From Euglena gracilis (taxonomy: Eukaryota): 64,000 nt of DNA. The position numbers and the translations under genes were made by a program. The notes below the pieces were generated by a model. That model was not told where the DNA came from, ran no database searches, and worked only from the letters and a program-made list of their open reading frames with translations. The DNA is taken from assembly GCA_039621445.1 (NCBI GenBank), contig CP154954.1, positions 25,122,954 through 25,186,953 of the forward strand, written 5' to 3'. Below are positions 14,030-26,800 of this stretch, in pieces; position 1 is the stretch's first letter; every line of letters begins with the position of its first letter.

Positions 14030-17000
14030 TTTAGGCAACCCCTGGTCAGCGTTCATCTCTATTGACCCGCTTTTGTATGCCGCGAGTGGGAGCCTTGGCC
14101 AATGCAGTTGGCCACAGGCGACCTCCTGAAAAGCTTGTGCCTGTCGCCGAACATTTCCCCCAAATCTACCCTCAAAAGTGGGGACTGTCTGGGGGCCCCA
14201 CCCCAGCGTCAAAAGTGGCCCAACCCAGCGTGGATGCCGACTCCTCCAAGAGAACGTGGCACTGGCCGTTGCTGTTGGGCCACAGTTTCGAATGAGATGG
14301 TTTACATCATAAAAACGAACCAACACGAGTGTGCAACATAGCGCTGCATCAGTTCATATTGTCAATGCTGCCATTGTTTAATGGTGCTTTTGGATGGTCT
14401 TTTCGCAATTTCGTCAACTTTGAATTACAGATTTCCCCCCTTTTTGAAATCCCAACGAAATGACGGCTGACAACACACACAGGTCTGGCCACTGCCCCCC
14501 AGCGACCTCCAGATAGATTCACCAGAAATAGATCCCATGGGTTTGGGATAGAGGTCTCCTGTGCATCATTCCGGCTCAACTGCTGGAAATCCTCACCTGC
14601 TCTGTCCCAACCTGTGGGTCCATCTGGGCTGCAATGTACTCTGTACTTTACTACACGCTGCTGTGCTCTGGAGACGGTCGACACAGCCTAAACGATGGCG
14701 ATCACAATGAGGCTCTAACTTATCACCTAGTGCATGGTGTCACAGTGTTGTTTTTTTTCAAAAGACGACGACCCACACATTTAGCATACAACAATGGTTC
14801 ACATTTGGCGAGTTGGAGGTGGTGCAAAACCAATCCTCTTGGGTTACAAACAAGGAAATTCATTTCCCCAGGTTGCTACCTCCTTCTTCTCATCTCGTAT
14901 TCAACCCGCCAACCAAACCACATCCTTTTTACCCCGAGGTTGATACTTCTTTTGGACGTTGACCTGCTGGCCCAAACTTGCCAAACTGATCTTTGAGGAG
15001 GTTCGCATCTTCCTACGGACCACTAACTTGGCCTAGCGAACAGTTTTGGGACAAGGTTGCGTATACGCTTTGGGTCGCAGAAATCTGATTTTCCCACCCA
15101 AATATGACCACCCCAAATATATGAGGGTCTTGGAATTTCCACCCAAACGTAAAACCGAGGAGTTTTGTGTTGGTGGGGGTTATTTGACAACCAAATCCCA
15201 CAGGGACCGGGAGTAGGTAAGTAATGAAGCTCATCGGGTGGTGTTTTGCAGCTTTGGCCGAGGGGCCCCTGACCATACAACTCTTTAAGGTTTTGTTGAC
15301 CCCCCCCCTGGACACCTGCCGGCCAGCCCCCTTGGAGGGTCCAGCCTACAATTCTCGGCACAAAACGCCGAAGATTTTTGAAAAAGATGGTCAAAAATGG
15401 CGTTTTGGGGGTTTGTGGCGTTTTTTTGGGGGTTGTCAGATGCTCATTGTTTTCAAATCTGTGTTTTGCAGGTCATTTTTTAGGCAATTGTCCGATTTCG
15501 GCCTAGCCCGGCCCAGCTCAGGTCCAGCTCGGGTCCAGCCCCTTCCCCCCCCCCCCGGCGGGCGCGCGGGCCCAAACTTCTAGCCCCAGCCCATCAACCC
15601 CCCCCCCCGGGTCCTTAAAGAGATGCATGCCCCTGACAACCTGCCCTGGCCCCGCCTCCTTCCTGCTAACCTTTCTGCCCCCCCTTTTTTAGCTGGGCTA
15701 CGGGATTTTCTTTTGAAGGCTTTCCCCCTATCGCCTTCCCGTCTGCGTTGTGGAGGGGTGACCCTGTCGGTTGCCCCCACCTCTTCACCAGCAAACTGGG
15801 ACCCCAAAGTGGCTTCCCATTTAATAATAATTCTTTTTAAACTCGAAAGTGTCTATAAAACTTATTAGTTCCTAGGTCCTTTTTTGCGATTTTCGGGGAC
15901 GCATTTTCATAGATTTCGTATTTTTTTTGGAGGTGTCGTTTTTGCTTCCAGGCCTTCACTGGGATGTGTCAGGGGGATATTATGTGGTATTTAGAAATCG
16001 AGAGTTTCGTTCTTCTCACCAGCGCTGCAGAAGCAACCCGTATCATTTCGACCCCCCCCCCCGAAATCATTTGTTTCTTTCGTTTTCATTTCCCTGCACC
16101 AGTGCAGTCTTTCTTCAGGGACAAGTCGGATATAAATAAAATTGATTTGGACAAAAGTTGCCCAGTTATTTCTGGATCATTTTTTTGGAACACCACCAGG
16201 GTCCAGGTGATTGAACTGCCTTGTGTATTGATGTGGTGCTGGACCCCATCCTCACGAACATTGCTGGTGTTGCTGCTGGTGCGGCTGCCCATCCCATGTT
16301 GATGAGGCAGCCTTTGAAAGGTTCCAAACACGCATGCTAGGCGTTATGTACCCCGTATGCTGTGGTTACACCTGCTGTCAGGGACCCCTGCAACCATCTC
16401 CACGTCCTGGGGCACCAGATCACATTCTGATTACACTATTTGGGCTTCGGGGGTCAGGTGTAGTCACCTCTATAAAAAAATGTCGGCGTGGGCATTTGCG
16501 CACACCACGGGTGAATCACGGGTTAGGTCAGGATTCAGGTTGCAATTCGGGATTTAACTTTCAATTTGCAATTTAGGGAGGCTGACTTCTGACGCAGATT
16601 TCGGCCTAAATTGAACCCGATTCTTAACCCTAATCCTAATCCTGGCCCTAAGCCCATTCCTAAAGTTAATCCACACCAAACCCTGTGGTGCAAAAAGTTA
16701 CTCGCCGTTGCTCGACGGTCCAAAGGAAAAATTGGGAGGGGCACCCAATTGTGCAAGGCGAAGGTGGCTGTGGACCCCAAGTCATTTCACTGCTGGGCCC
16801 TCCCCCTGGAGGGGGGTCAGCAGGGCAGTACGGGAATTCCTGTAGCCCAATTGGTGGTGGGGGTGGGTGGGTCGACCCCCCCCCCACCTCCCGGGTCGAC
16901 CCCCCCAGCAGGGCTTCCCATACAGCCCTGGGGGAGGGGTCACAGACGAGGGCTGCTCAACTTTATGTCCGCCCCATTTCTCCTCCACGACCCCTTCTGC

Positions 17001-20000
17001 CGCAAAAAAAAAAGGGGATCCCGTCTCACCGGCACTGGCGCCTCGCCCCTTCCCTTCCTGGGCCTCGGCACGACACCTCCCCTCCGCTGCATCTCCACAG
17101 TGCGGGCGGCAGGCCCCAGCCACATGGCGGGCAAGCCTCCCCTTCATTGTGGGGCAGACCCCCTCGTTGCGTAACCCCTCCCACATATCATCCAGGAACC
17201 CCAGCCAGAACCCAGTGGGCTGCCACGGGGTGATGGCATATGCGAAGCACACAACACCCGGCTCAGCTCTCGCGGAGCTCTCATCGTCTTTTTGTATTCT
17301 TCCCCCTCCCCTCCCCTGGAAGTTGTCGCCCCCAGCATCTGATCTATTTTCTGGCACAGGTTCATTGCCCCACCCACCCACCCCCAAGGGGACACACCGG
17401 GAGGTGGCGCTGGGGGGGCATTTTGGGGGTCAATTTCGGTCAAATTAGGGAAAGCCCTGCCTTCAGCGGGGTAGCCACCAGGCCCGATACCCATCGGGGG
17501 GGGGGGGGCTCGGCCCAAACCCCCCCCACCCATCCCTAGTCACCCCAAAAAGTTTAAAAAAACCACCATACAATTCTTGCTGGCCTCAAGGGGGGAGGGT
17601 CATTTCCACTGTTCCAAAAAAAATAGTCCGTCGATTTTTTTTTGAAAACCATTCAGTCACTACCCCCATCCATGGGGAAAACTGGCCCAAAATCGACCGA
17701 AAATCCTTGAAAAAATATTCCAGCCACTGGTGCACCTTGGAGGGGGGGGGGGGCGTCCAGCGACACCAACCCACCCATTCCTGAAACCCCTACTCCGGGA
17801 GGGAGAGAGGTCATGCAGGTGTTAAGTGAATCTATGCCAGAAACAAACGGACTCCCCCCTTGGTCCAAAACGAACTCTGGTGAGGAAGCAGTTTGGAGTC
17901 AGGGGTTTTTTTTAGTCGAGGCAGGGTGGGTGGGTCCGGCCGAGCCCCCCCCCCCCCCGGGGGAGGGTTCCCCTAGAGGGGGGGTGTGGGATATACTTTT
18001 TTTTTGTTGTTTTTTTTTTGTTTCTTTTTTTTTTTTTTTTTTGCTTTTTCTTTTTTTGCTAGTTTTGGTTTTTTTTTGTGTGTTTGTTGGTTTGTTTTTT
18101 CTTTTTTTTGGTGTGTTCTTTGTTGATTTTTTTTGTTGTTTTTTTGTGTTTTTGTTTTTTTGGGTGGTTTGTTTTTGTTCTTTTTTTTGGTTTTTTTTTT
18201 GTTGTTTTTTTTGTTTTTTTTTTTTGTTTTTTTTCGGCGCCGAAGGCGCCGAAAAGTGCTATTTTTTAGCACTTTTCGCGATTTTTGGCCATTTTTTTGT
18301 GGGTCCCCCGGGACCCCCCCCCCCAGCGGCCCAGGGGGTGGGTGGGTGGGGTAGACTCCCCCGGTCTTAAAAAAAACCCCTGTTTGGAGAAAAAAGGAGT
18401 GAATTTACGTCAATTGAAAATGCTCCTTGGACGAACTTTAACCCCCACACAAACCTTTTGACTGGGACTACAATCTGTACCCACTGTATTTTTTTGAGGT
18501 AATCACTTTTTGTCTCCCCTGTGGCATTTTTCCACACTTATTACCCCAGACCATTCTTCCAGGCAGATGCCCTGCTCGAAAAAAGAACCAGAAACTATTT
18601 TCAGTCAACGTTGTTTTGTTCACCTGATAATTGTTGTTCTCATTGACATACCTCGGAGGCCGTTGCTCTGCTCTGATGAATTCCAGTTGCTCCTTTTAAC
18701 GACAGCTTTTTTCCCGATTGCAGTGCAACCTTGACCCCCCCATTGCTGCAGGGTTTGGCTCCGTTTCCTGCTGTTGCTCTCCAACCCCTCCTCCTCCCAC
18801 CTCCACTTTCTTTCCCTTTCCCTCTGCCCCTGCCCCTGCTCCATGTTCGATTTTTTTTGCATTTTTCACCTTCTCACCTTGCACTTATTTCGGTTTAACA
18901 CTCATTTTCCATCTTTTTTTTGGTCAATGTAGTCCCCCCCCCCCCCCGCACATATCCAAAGACCCCATATCGAAGTGGTCTCATCTGATCGATATCGATG
19001 TGGTCTCGCGAAGCGAGTAGATAGGTCCATGGCATGCAATAATTGCTGGTCCATTGCCTGCTGTGTTGGGCTAAACCTGTTGAAAAGTCGAGAGCTGCTT
19101 AAATCTAAACTGCTTGCCATTGCCATTGCCTCGAAACATGTGATTTCATATTCTTTGTGTGAATTGCTGCTATGGGAATTTCTCATAAAAAATATTTTTA
19201 TATATAATTAATTATAATAATTTTTAATAATTAATTTATATAATTTTTCTGAGGCCAAAACGGGCCATGCGACACCTCAGCCTGACAACGATTACTCACA
19301 CACAACGCCCAAAGCCTCTTTTGCCTGTCTATAATACCTTTGGGCTTAAGGGCTGTGGGCCTTGGTTTTGCATCCAACGTTGCTGCAAAAGGCAGGGGTG
19401 GAGTCAGGTGTGACAGGTGATTCCGCCGGCACCTCCCACGTTGCCCCCCTGCAATCTGCCTGTGAAAGCCATTCTTCCTTCGCCCCTCTCTTTGACACAT
19501 TTGGCTGCCTTCACACCTTTTTTTGTTGGTTCCCTCTCTGTCGTTTCACTTCCTACCACTCCCCTTCGGGTTCAATAGCAAGAGGCCTGGGTCCCAGCTC
19601 CTGTGTACAATTGTCTGCGTGTGTGTGTGTATGGTGTGTGTGTGTGTGTGTGCGTGTGTGTGTGTGTGTGTGTGCGTGTGTGCGGGTGTGTGTGTGTGTG
19701 TGTGTGTGCGTGTGTGCGGGTGTGTGTGTGTGTGTTTTGCTTTGATGATTTTCATCTGGCACATTTTTTTTTCCAGTTTCAATCAATTCAATCAGTTCAT
19801 GTGACTGAGATGGATGAGATATTGAACCCATTGCCAGCTGCACCTTGGTTATCGCCAGAGAGGAAAGGTTAACTCTCACAGTTGCTAAGGTTTGATCCCC
19901 TCCAGGTTCCTAGGCTGTCCGACTTACCCTTGCATTCATGGTTCCCAAGCGCACCCAGGCTCGCCAAAATGCACCAAGGTGAGATTTCACATTTTTCACT

Positions 20001-21951
20001 CAACTTAAGGTTCTGGGCGGTCAGCAAACAAAGTATGAATGGGTGGAATGGAGAGCTCTCCCGGATCAGGCTGTATTTTAGTCGGGTGCCGACCCCACCG
20101 GGGGGGGGGGGGGGTGCCTGCCTGGGCAGGCACCCCAAGGCACTCCAAATCCGAACCCCCGGGGGGGGGGTAGGGCACACGACCAAAAGTGCCCTAGCAC
20201 AACCTCGGCGCCAAAGGCGCCGGGGAGCCAAAAATGGCCTATTTTCAAAGGAATGTGCCCGGGCACAGGCCGAAATCCGACCCCCCCCCCCCGGAGGGGG
20301 GGGTAGTGCCTGCCTGGGCAGGCACTCACAGGCACTCACAGGCACTCCGGACCCCCCCCTCCCCCCCGGGGTTGGTAAAAAACAGCCCTTGCAGCCGTTG
20401 CATTGGAGCCCTTGCAGCTTCCCGCAGGCGCGGAGGTCCAAAAATAGGTCCAAAAACAATTTTGGGCAATGAAGAAAAATTGTCTCAAAAATACTAATTT
20501 TAACACATGCAAAATGGGCAAAAATTAAAAACGTCCAAAAAACACCCATTTTGGGGATTTTTCACAGTTCTAGGGAGTCTATCTTTTGTATTATTCCCAA
20601 AAATCCCGGTTGGTCTTGTTTTGGGGGGGGGGTTAGTTTTAGTTGTTTTTTTTTGCTGAAAACTGGCATGAGGGGTCTCATTTGGGGGGGTTCTTTTGGG
20701 GGGGTTTTTCTTTTCCGTTAGATTTTTTCAAAAAAGTCCCAAAGTGAAGCCCCCCAAAATGAGACCCCCCCCTTGGGATTTTCAGCAACAAACTCCAAAA
20801 AAAAAGACCCAGGGTTTTATTTTTGGTGGGGTTCACATGCACCAGGGCGGCCCTTGAGGGACGGGAAAGGTTTTTTTTTAAATTTATCTTCTTAAGGACC
20901 AGCCCTCCCAAAGGGCCGCCGAGGACCAGACTGGGAATTCAAATGGGTTCAAAATTAAAAGGAAGTGAAAAAAAATACCTCCCCCCCCCTTGTCTAAGCA
21001 CCACCCTTGTCTAAGCACCACCCCCCCGGTTCTTACCCATCTTTTTAAAGGTCATCTTCACGGGGAGGTTTATTTTGTGTGCCTTTTTAAGGGAAATTTC
21101 TCAAAATTTTCGAAATTTCTGCAACTTCTGAGAGCTGATTTGGTGAGGTATTGTTGATTTCTGCATCCAAATATATGTAAGTTCAACAGTGGACCTCCAA
21201 AATAAGGGGAATTTTTCCTTTTCGGCGCGAAGCGCCGGATTTTTTTTGATGTCAAAATTTTCTCCCTTGTCTAAGCACCACCCCCCTGGTTCTTACCCAT
21301 ATTTTGGCAAAATAAGCACCACCCCCCCGGTTCTTACCCATCTTTTCCGGTGCTTAGACAAGGGGGGGGGGGAGGTACAATCAAAAAAGCCAAATCATCA
21401 AAAAAAACATTTTTTTGATGATTTGGGTGGATGGGCGATCATCAAAGGATGCAAGGAATCAATCCCCCTCCCCCCCGATTTCGACCTGTTCTCGCCAACA
21501 AACGCCAAGTTTGTTGCCCATGCACCTGTGCATTTTTCATGGAATGTGCTGGGACAGTGAAGTTTTTTTCCCTTTCATTTCCTGAAGGACCACGTGACAC
21601 AGGCACAGGAAAGGATACCCTCAAAAATTTGCCTTCAGGCTCCTGCTCTCCCACTTGCCTTGATGAAGCCAACTTCTTGGGAAGGGGGTTGGCAACCCCC
21701 AGTGTTTTCAAGGGAAGCTTGGGGGATTTCAACCAACTCAGGCATCTCGCACTCTTCTCTTCAACAAAAAGAAAGCGTTTGGCGCTTCAAGCCGAACACA
21801 GGGGAAACCTTGCCTTCTGTTTATGTGTGAAATGTGGTGGCCTGGCAACCTGATTTTGGATTTTTTTTTGACCCGAGACATGTTTGTCTTTTTTTTTGGC
21901 ACCAGCCTGTAACCATTCTAAGGAACTGTTCGCCAAGAACATGTGTGAACC

Positions 21952-21984
<33 letters not shown>

Positions 21985-23825
21985 AAACCCACACACATAC
22001 CCACCCACACGAATGGAAATCCGCTACAAGGGTCGCAGGCCTTCCTCGGGGTAGCCTCCGAAATGCCCACCCCGGTTGGTGGGGCAGCGCTGCCCCCCTT
22101 GGGCCCAAGGAGAAGGTCTGGGCTGCGGTCCATCGAAACCTCCGGAGGCGGTCACCGTTTGTTCCTATGTTATTTGACGCACACCGTGTGTCATCGGCAC
22201 GTCCGATTACTGCATCTGGACAAGTGGGGAAGTATTTCAGGATGCCCGCGCCAAGTTGGTCGTCTCTGGTCAGAAAAATCATTTTGGAGGAGAATACCGC
22301 TGTCTATGTTATGTCCAGGTTAACACCTCCAACGTGCCATTGCCATAGTTCTTATTCGTGTGTTTCATGTGCCGTACTTTTTGACGGCAGAGTCTTGAAA
22401 TTCATAGGTAAGGTGACAGGCTACCTGGTTTGGAAAGGTTGGCTTTCAAATTTCTCCATAGGAAGTCCCTCTGCCCCCGCCTGGATGTGCATGCAACCCG
22501 ACCGCACCCCCACTGGCTTCTTTCACCAAGTTGCAGCCATCCCTCAATCTTTCTCGTTCCTTTTCCGCACCTTTCGTCCCAGGCACCCTTTCGTCCAACC
22601 TTGAAGGCCCTTTGTCGAGGGGTCCCTCATCAGCCCCCCTCCTTTTGGCCACCGCAGCCCCGCCATAGATCGTATTCCGCAACGCCTGTATTTGCCTCAG
22701 TCATCCCTCCCCCTAGCGCTTCGCTCTGATACGCGACGGCCCTCGCACCCCTGTTCCTCAGGCACCGTTTGAAGTTGAACTCCCCTCGGTCTGTTTCAGT
22801 TCCAGTTTTGATTACCTTTGTTTCACTCTGGCCCCAGTTGGGCGAAAAATTCAGGGGGGGGCTTAGGCAGCGCATCTCGCACCTAAGCTTTTTTTTTGGT
22901 CGGTGTGCGCATTTTCACACACGTCCAAATTTTTGACTTTGGCGCTGGCGTCACAAGGGTCGAGTGTGAGAGGGAGGAGGATTGGGCAAAAAAGAAATAA
23001 TTTTTGGCCCTGGCTGTCCTGGGAGTTACATGTTTTTTTTGTTTTTTTTTGTGGTCGGAATGACACAAACACCCCCAGACCTATCCCTCCAAAGTGAGAA
23101 AACACCGACAAAAACAGCAAAACCCCAGTACCGCCACCCCCCATTTCCTGTTTGACAACCGCCAGCGCCAGGTGGTGCTCTGGAGGGGGTGGCAGGTCCA
23201 CCCCTTGGCTTGCTTTTTTTTTTTGTAGTTTAGCAGCACGTTGTGGAGTTTTTGGAAGTTGGCTGCGAAAGGAGTGGAAGTGCACATGCCACATAAACAA
23301 TGGACTGTTCGAGAATTCTGCCACGGGGGGTTGATGACAGGGTTTGATATAAGGAGGGCGTACATGGTTTAGGTGGGGGGTGTCCCCCACCCCCCCCCCC
23401 CTCCTGGCCAGCAGGGGGGGGTCCGGACCACCCCCCCCCCCCCCCCGCCAGGGCCTGCCAGGGGGGTCCGGACCGACCCTGGGGGGTATCCCCCCCAAAA
23501 AGGGTCAATTTTATCCTCCAGCGCTTCGCGCCGATTTTTTTTTGTTGCATTTTTGGCACATTTTTGCCCAAAAAGTGCCCAAAATGGCACTTTTGGTCGT
23601 TTTGGGGGGTCAAAAATTTTCGGCCCGGCGCTTTGCGCCGGGCCGAAATTCAGTCACCCAGACCGCGCACCTGTTTAGGTAGGGCGGGGTGTCCCCCCAC
23701 CCTCCCCCTCCTGGCCCGCAGGGGGGGGGAGGGTGGGGACCGGACCACCCCCCCCCACCTGTCCTTATATCGAACCCTGGTTGATGAGGGGCATCCAGAA
23801 CACAGAAGGACTGCCACCAGTTTAC
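14030..23825 (-). CDS. Possible multi-exon minus-strand gene (fragments near 23150-23825, 22440-22810, 21580-21790, 18730-18850, 17790-17880, 16190-16320, 14510-14630, 14030-14150)
   Basis: Several protein-like open stretches on the - strand, e.g. PKTPQRAAKLQKKKASQGVDLPPPPEHHLALAVVKQE and EDFQQLSRNDAQETSIPNPWDLFLVNL. No recognisable domain and junctions not assembled. Confidence 0.3.
16821..16930. mobile_element. Minimal 110-bp MITE, CAGGGCAGTACGGGAA family
   Basis: CAGGGCAGTACGGGAA ... TTCCCATACAGCCCTG with the family GGGTCGACCCC motif. TSD degenerate. Confidence 0.7.
17900..18382. mobile_element. hAT-type MITE, family CAGGGGTTTTTTT, with internal T-rich expansion
   Basis: TIR CAGGGGTTTTTTTT / [33 protein letters not shown] (7/8). 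Homologous to 39370, 40756 and 42330. Confidence 0.9.
19617..19735. repeat. (TG)n microsatellite
   Basis: Direct observation. Confidence 0.95.
20978..21375. mobile_element. Tc1/mariner-type MITE (TA TSD)
   Basis: TA|CCTCCCCCCCCCTTGTCTAAGCACC ... GGTGCTTAGACAAGGGG...GGAGG|TA. Three internal copies of AAGCACCACCCCCCxGGTTCTTACCCAT. Confidence 0.88.
23338..23779. mobile_element. hAT-type MITE, family CAGGGTTCGATATAAGGA
   Basis: TIR CAGGGTTTGATATAAGGA / TCCTTATATCGAACCCTG. Perfect TSD GTTGATGA (23330-23337, 23780-23787). Close relative of 32285-32713. Confidence 0.93.
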
Positions 23826-26800
23826 CTGTTGAATTCGGTGGCAAATTGTCCATGAATGCCGTGCTGATGTTTAAGGCTCCATGACACCCACCCAACAGCA
23901 GAAATGATGTTGGTGTGCGCAAATGTGCACATGGACGCATCTGCACACTAAAACTATTTTAGAACCAACCAAGAGTCTCCTATGTCAGTGTGTTTGGAGC
24001 TGGAAAATGAATGTGATGAAATTGTGATATTTCCTCCCTTGTATTCCTTCGGTCCTGGACCCTCTCTTTTGAATGCTGCTGGGACTTTTTGGGCAGTCGA
24101 TGTGCGCGATTGTGGACACCAACCAAAATTCGTTTTCATTTTGAAACCTTGGCAACAGGAACTTCTGAGGCGAGGGAAGAGCCGAAACAAGTAGGAGAGC
24201 AGCGTGTGGAGGTGTTGTACTCAAAGTGGTGGTATTGTAACGTATGAAACGACGCATGTCAGTGTATTGCATTATATGGCTCCCTGAACACAGGAAGTCA
24301 GAAGACACATCCATTTTCAGCCTGAACTGTTCCTCTTTTTCGGACTAAATACTGGGAGTGAAAGGCAGCTTTAAACTCAGTTTTTTTTCCAGATAAAACC
24401 TGGAAATATTGTTTATTTTGATGTTTCAGGGGCTTAGAAATCGTTTTTCACATGCTTAGTTGCCGGTCCCCACAGGCTGGTCCTTTAGCTGTATTTAAAT
24501 TCCTCCAAATATCTCGCACTCAAGGATTTCCAAACAGCAGTACTACCACATCCTCTAAATGGTACGTGTGTTCAGTTGCAGAAGTGGTTTGTTTGCGCAG
24601 ATGCGCAAACCGACCAAAAAGTCTGTTTTCGCGTTTTTCGCGTTTGCACAAACCAACTACTTGCACAATTTCACAAACTGGTCAATTGCAGCTGGCACAC
24701 ATGTCCTTTCACAGTCATGTGAATGGTTGGTGTGCGCATTTCGCACACGTTTTATTTGCGCATTTGCCCTTTCCATATGCTGGGTGTTGCACCATCTCCG
24801 CGTCCTGTGGCACCCCATCACATCCTGCTTACATTTTTTTGGGTTTGGGGGTCAGGTCTTGGGGCTTTCGACAAAGAAAGAATCCCAAAGTGGGAGATGC
24901 GCCGCCTAATGGGGGCTTCCATTCGGGGGGGGGGGGTTAAAGCCGGTAGCCGGCGGGCGGGGGGATTGGGCTATTTTCGCAAGAAAGGCCCAAAAGTGCA
25001 CATTTGCACAGACTTTCTAAAGTGTGTGCTGGTTTAACCTTGTGTTGGCACTGCCCCGAATTCTTTTGCGAAAGTCATTTTTACAAAAAATATTTTTTTG
25101 GAAGCCTGATAATTTTCTAGCTTGCTTGATTTTGTTCTCAGGGCTGTGGCAGGAGGGGGGATATATTATTTGGGCAGCCGATGTCCCCGCAAGGAGGGGG
25201 TTTATTATTAGGGGTGTATTATTCAAGGGGGTTAGTTAGTTCCAAGCACTTGGTATTTTGGTGGTGTTGTCCGGAATTGTCACTGGAGGTTGCTCGGCTG
25301 GGGGGCTTCTATTTGGGGAGGGGTGTCAAATGCCCAAATGATACTCCCCCGGGATATGTTATTTGGGGGTGTCAATTCCGGAAGCCATCGGCAAGCCCCG
25401 CAGCGAGCTGTGTGCCCCGACAGGGATGTTCTGGACGAGAAAGGCCCCATCAGGCCCCGGAGGTAGCCCATCCTTTTTCCTCTCTTTCAAACCGTGCCTC
25501 AAAAGGGCTCTGCCAACTTATACGCCGTCCCGTACACACCAAGGCTGGATGGACATCCCCCCAGCTGTCGGGCAGGGTGGGGAGGAGTGGGGTGGGCAGG
25601 CACGGGAGGTTCGTCCGGGGGGGGGGGATGTTGGGCTGTGGCCGGCTTCAGCCGGCTGGCCTTTCCAAAACGGGCATTTTGGTCAGGCATCATCCACGGA
25701 CCCCCCCCCCCCCCTGGGAGGATTGGACATATCAGCCCCATCCTGCCCTGCAGCTGACCGACCGCCTCTCCCCCCCCTAGCTCCCTCGCCGTTGCCAACC
25801 CTCCGGAGGGCGGCGGGGTCGGTGGCAGCGCAAGCCAGCCGGGGAGGGGTTGGGATGGGCGATGCGACAGGTGGTGTGCTACTGACCTGTTATTCGTCCC
25901 ACCTTTGTTGTGCAGGGTCCATGCCTCCCTTTGTTTCATTTTCATTTTTTTTGTTCAATTTCTTGATTTATTGTGATTTTCCTGTGCAGTTTCGCATTTG
26001 CAGTTTTATTTGTTTCTTTTTCAAGCCTTTTTTTTGCCCAAACGTGCTCTGGGAAATCATTCATTGTGCATTCTGTTGCCAAAAAACTTGCACCACTACC
26101 TTTTTCCAGAATTTGCCCCGCAATTTCCTGTTATTTTTTTGAAAATGATTGCGGCAGATGCGGGGCGAATATGTAAGTGCTTGTTTCCTTTCCAGGGCAG
26201 CAGCCAGGTATTGACCTCATGAGAATGGCCCTGATTGTTGACAAGGCACAGCTGGGTGAAAAACGAAGAAGGAGCAATGAGAACGCTCAATACAGGTTCG
26301 CCCCCGCCGCCCTCCCATGTGCCAGATCGCTCCGCATCCTTGGCTGGAACGGCTGACAGCCGCAACTCAAAACCCAACTGCCTTTTTCCCCCTCGGCCCG
26401 AGTGTCTCGTGTGGTGTGAGTGCGCTTTGTCCTGACCTGGGATTTTTTTTAAATTTGGTTGAGTGGATGAGTGGTGTCGAGCCAGACGAAGGAATTGGGC
26501 TCAATAGACCGACAGCTGCTATCGGAAAAATGAAAAATGACCTGAGAGGTGAGATGAAAATTTTTTGGGGATTGGTCCAACCCCAGGGTTTCGATTAGGG
26601 AGGGTGTCTGGGATGGGAGACGCCCCCCACCTCGTTTATTTGAGGGGCATCTGGATTGCCTGACCTCAAACCGCCTTACCCCCAGCGGTGCAGGGCTGGC
26701 GGGTCGGTGCCTGGGGTTGATGTGGGGGGGGTAGTGGGATGCAATTGTCCACAGGGAAATTTGCAAACTGAACAAAAACGAGAAAAGAACCCCCCCCCCC

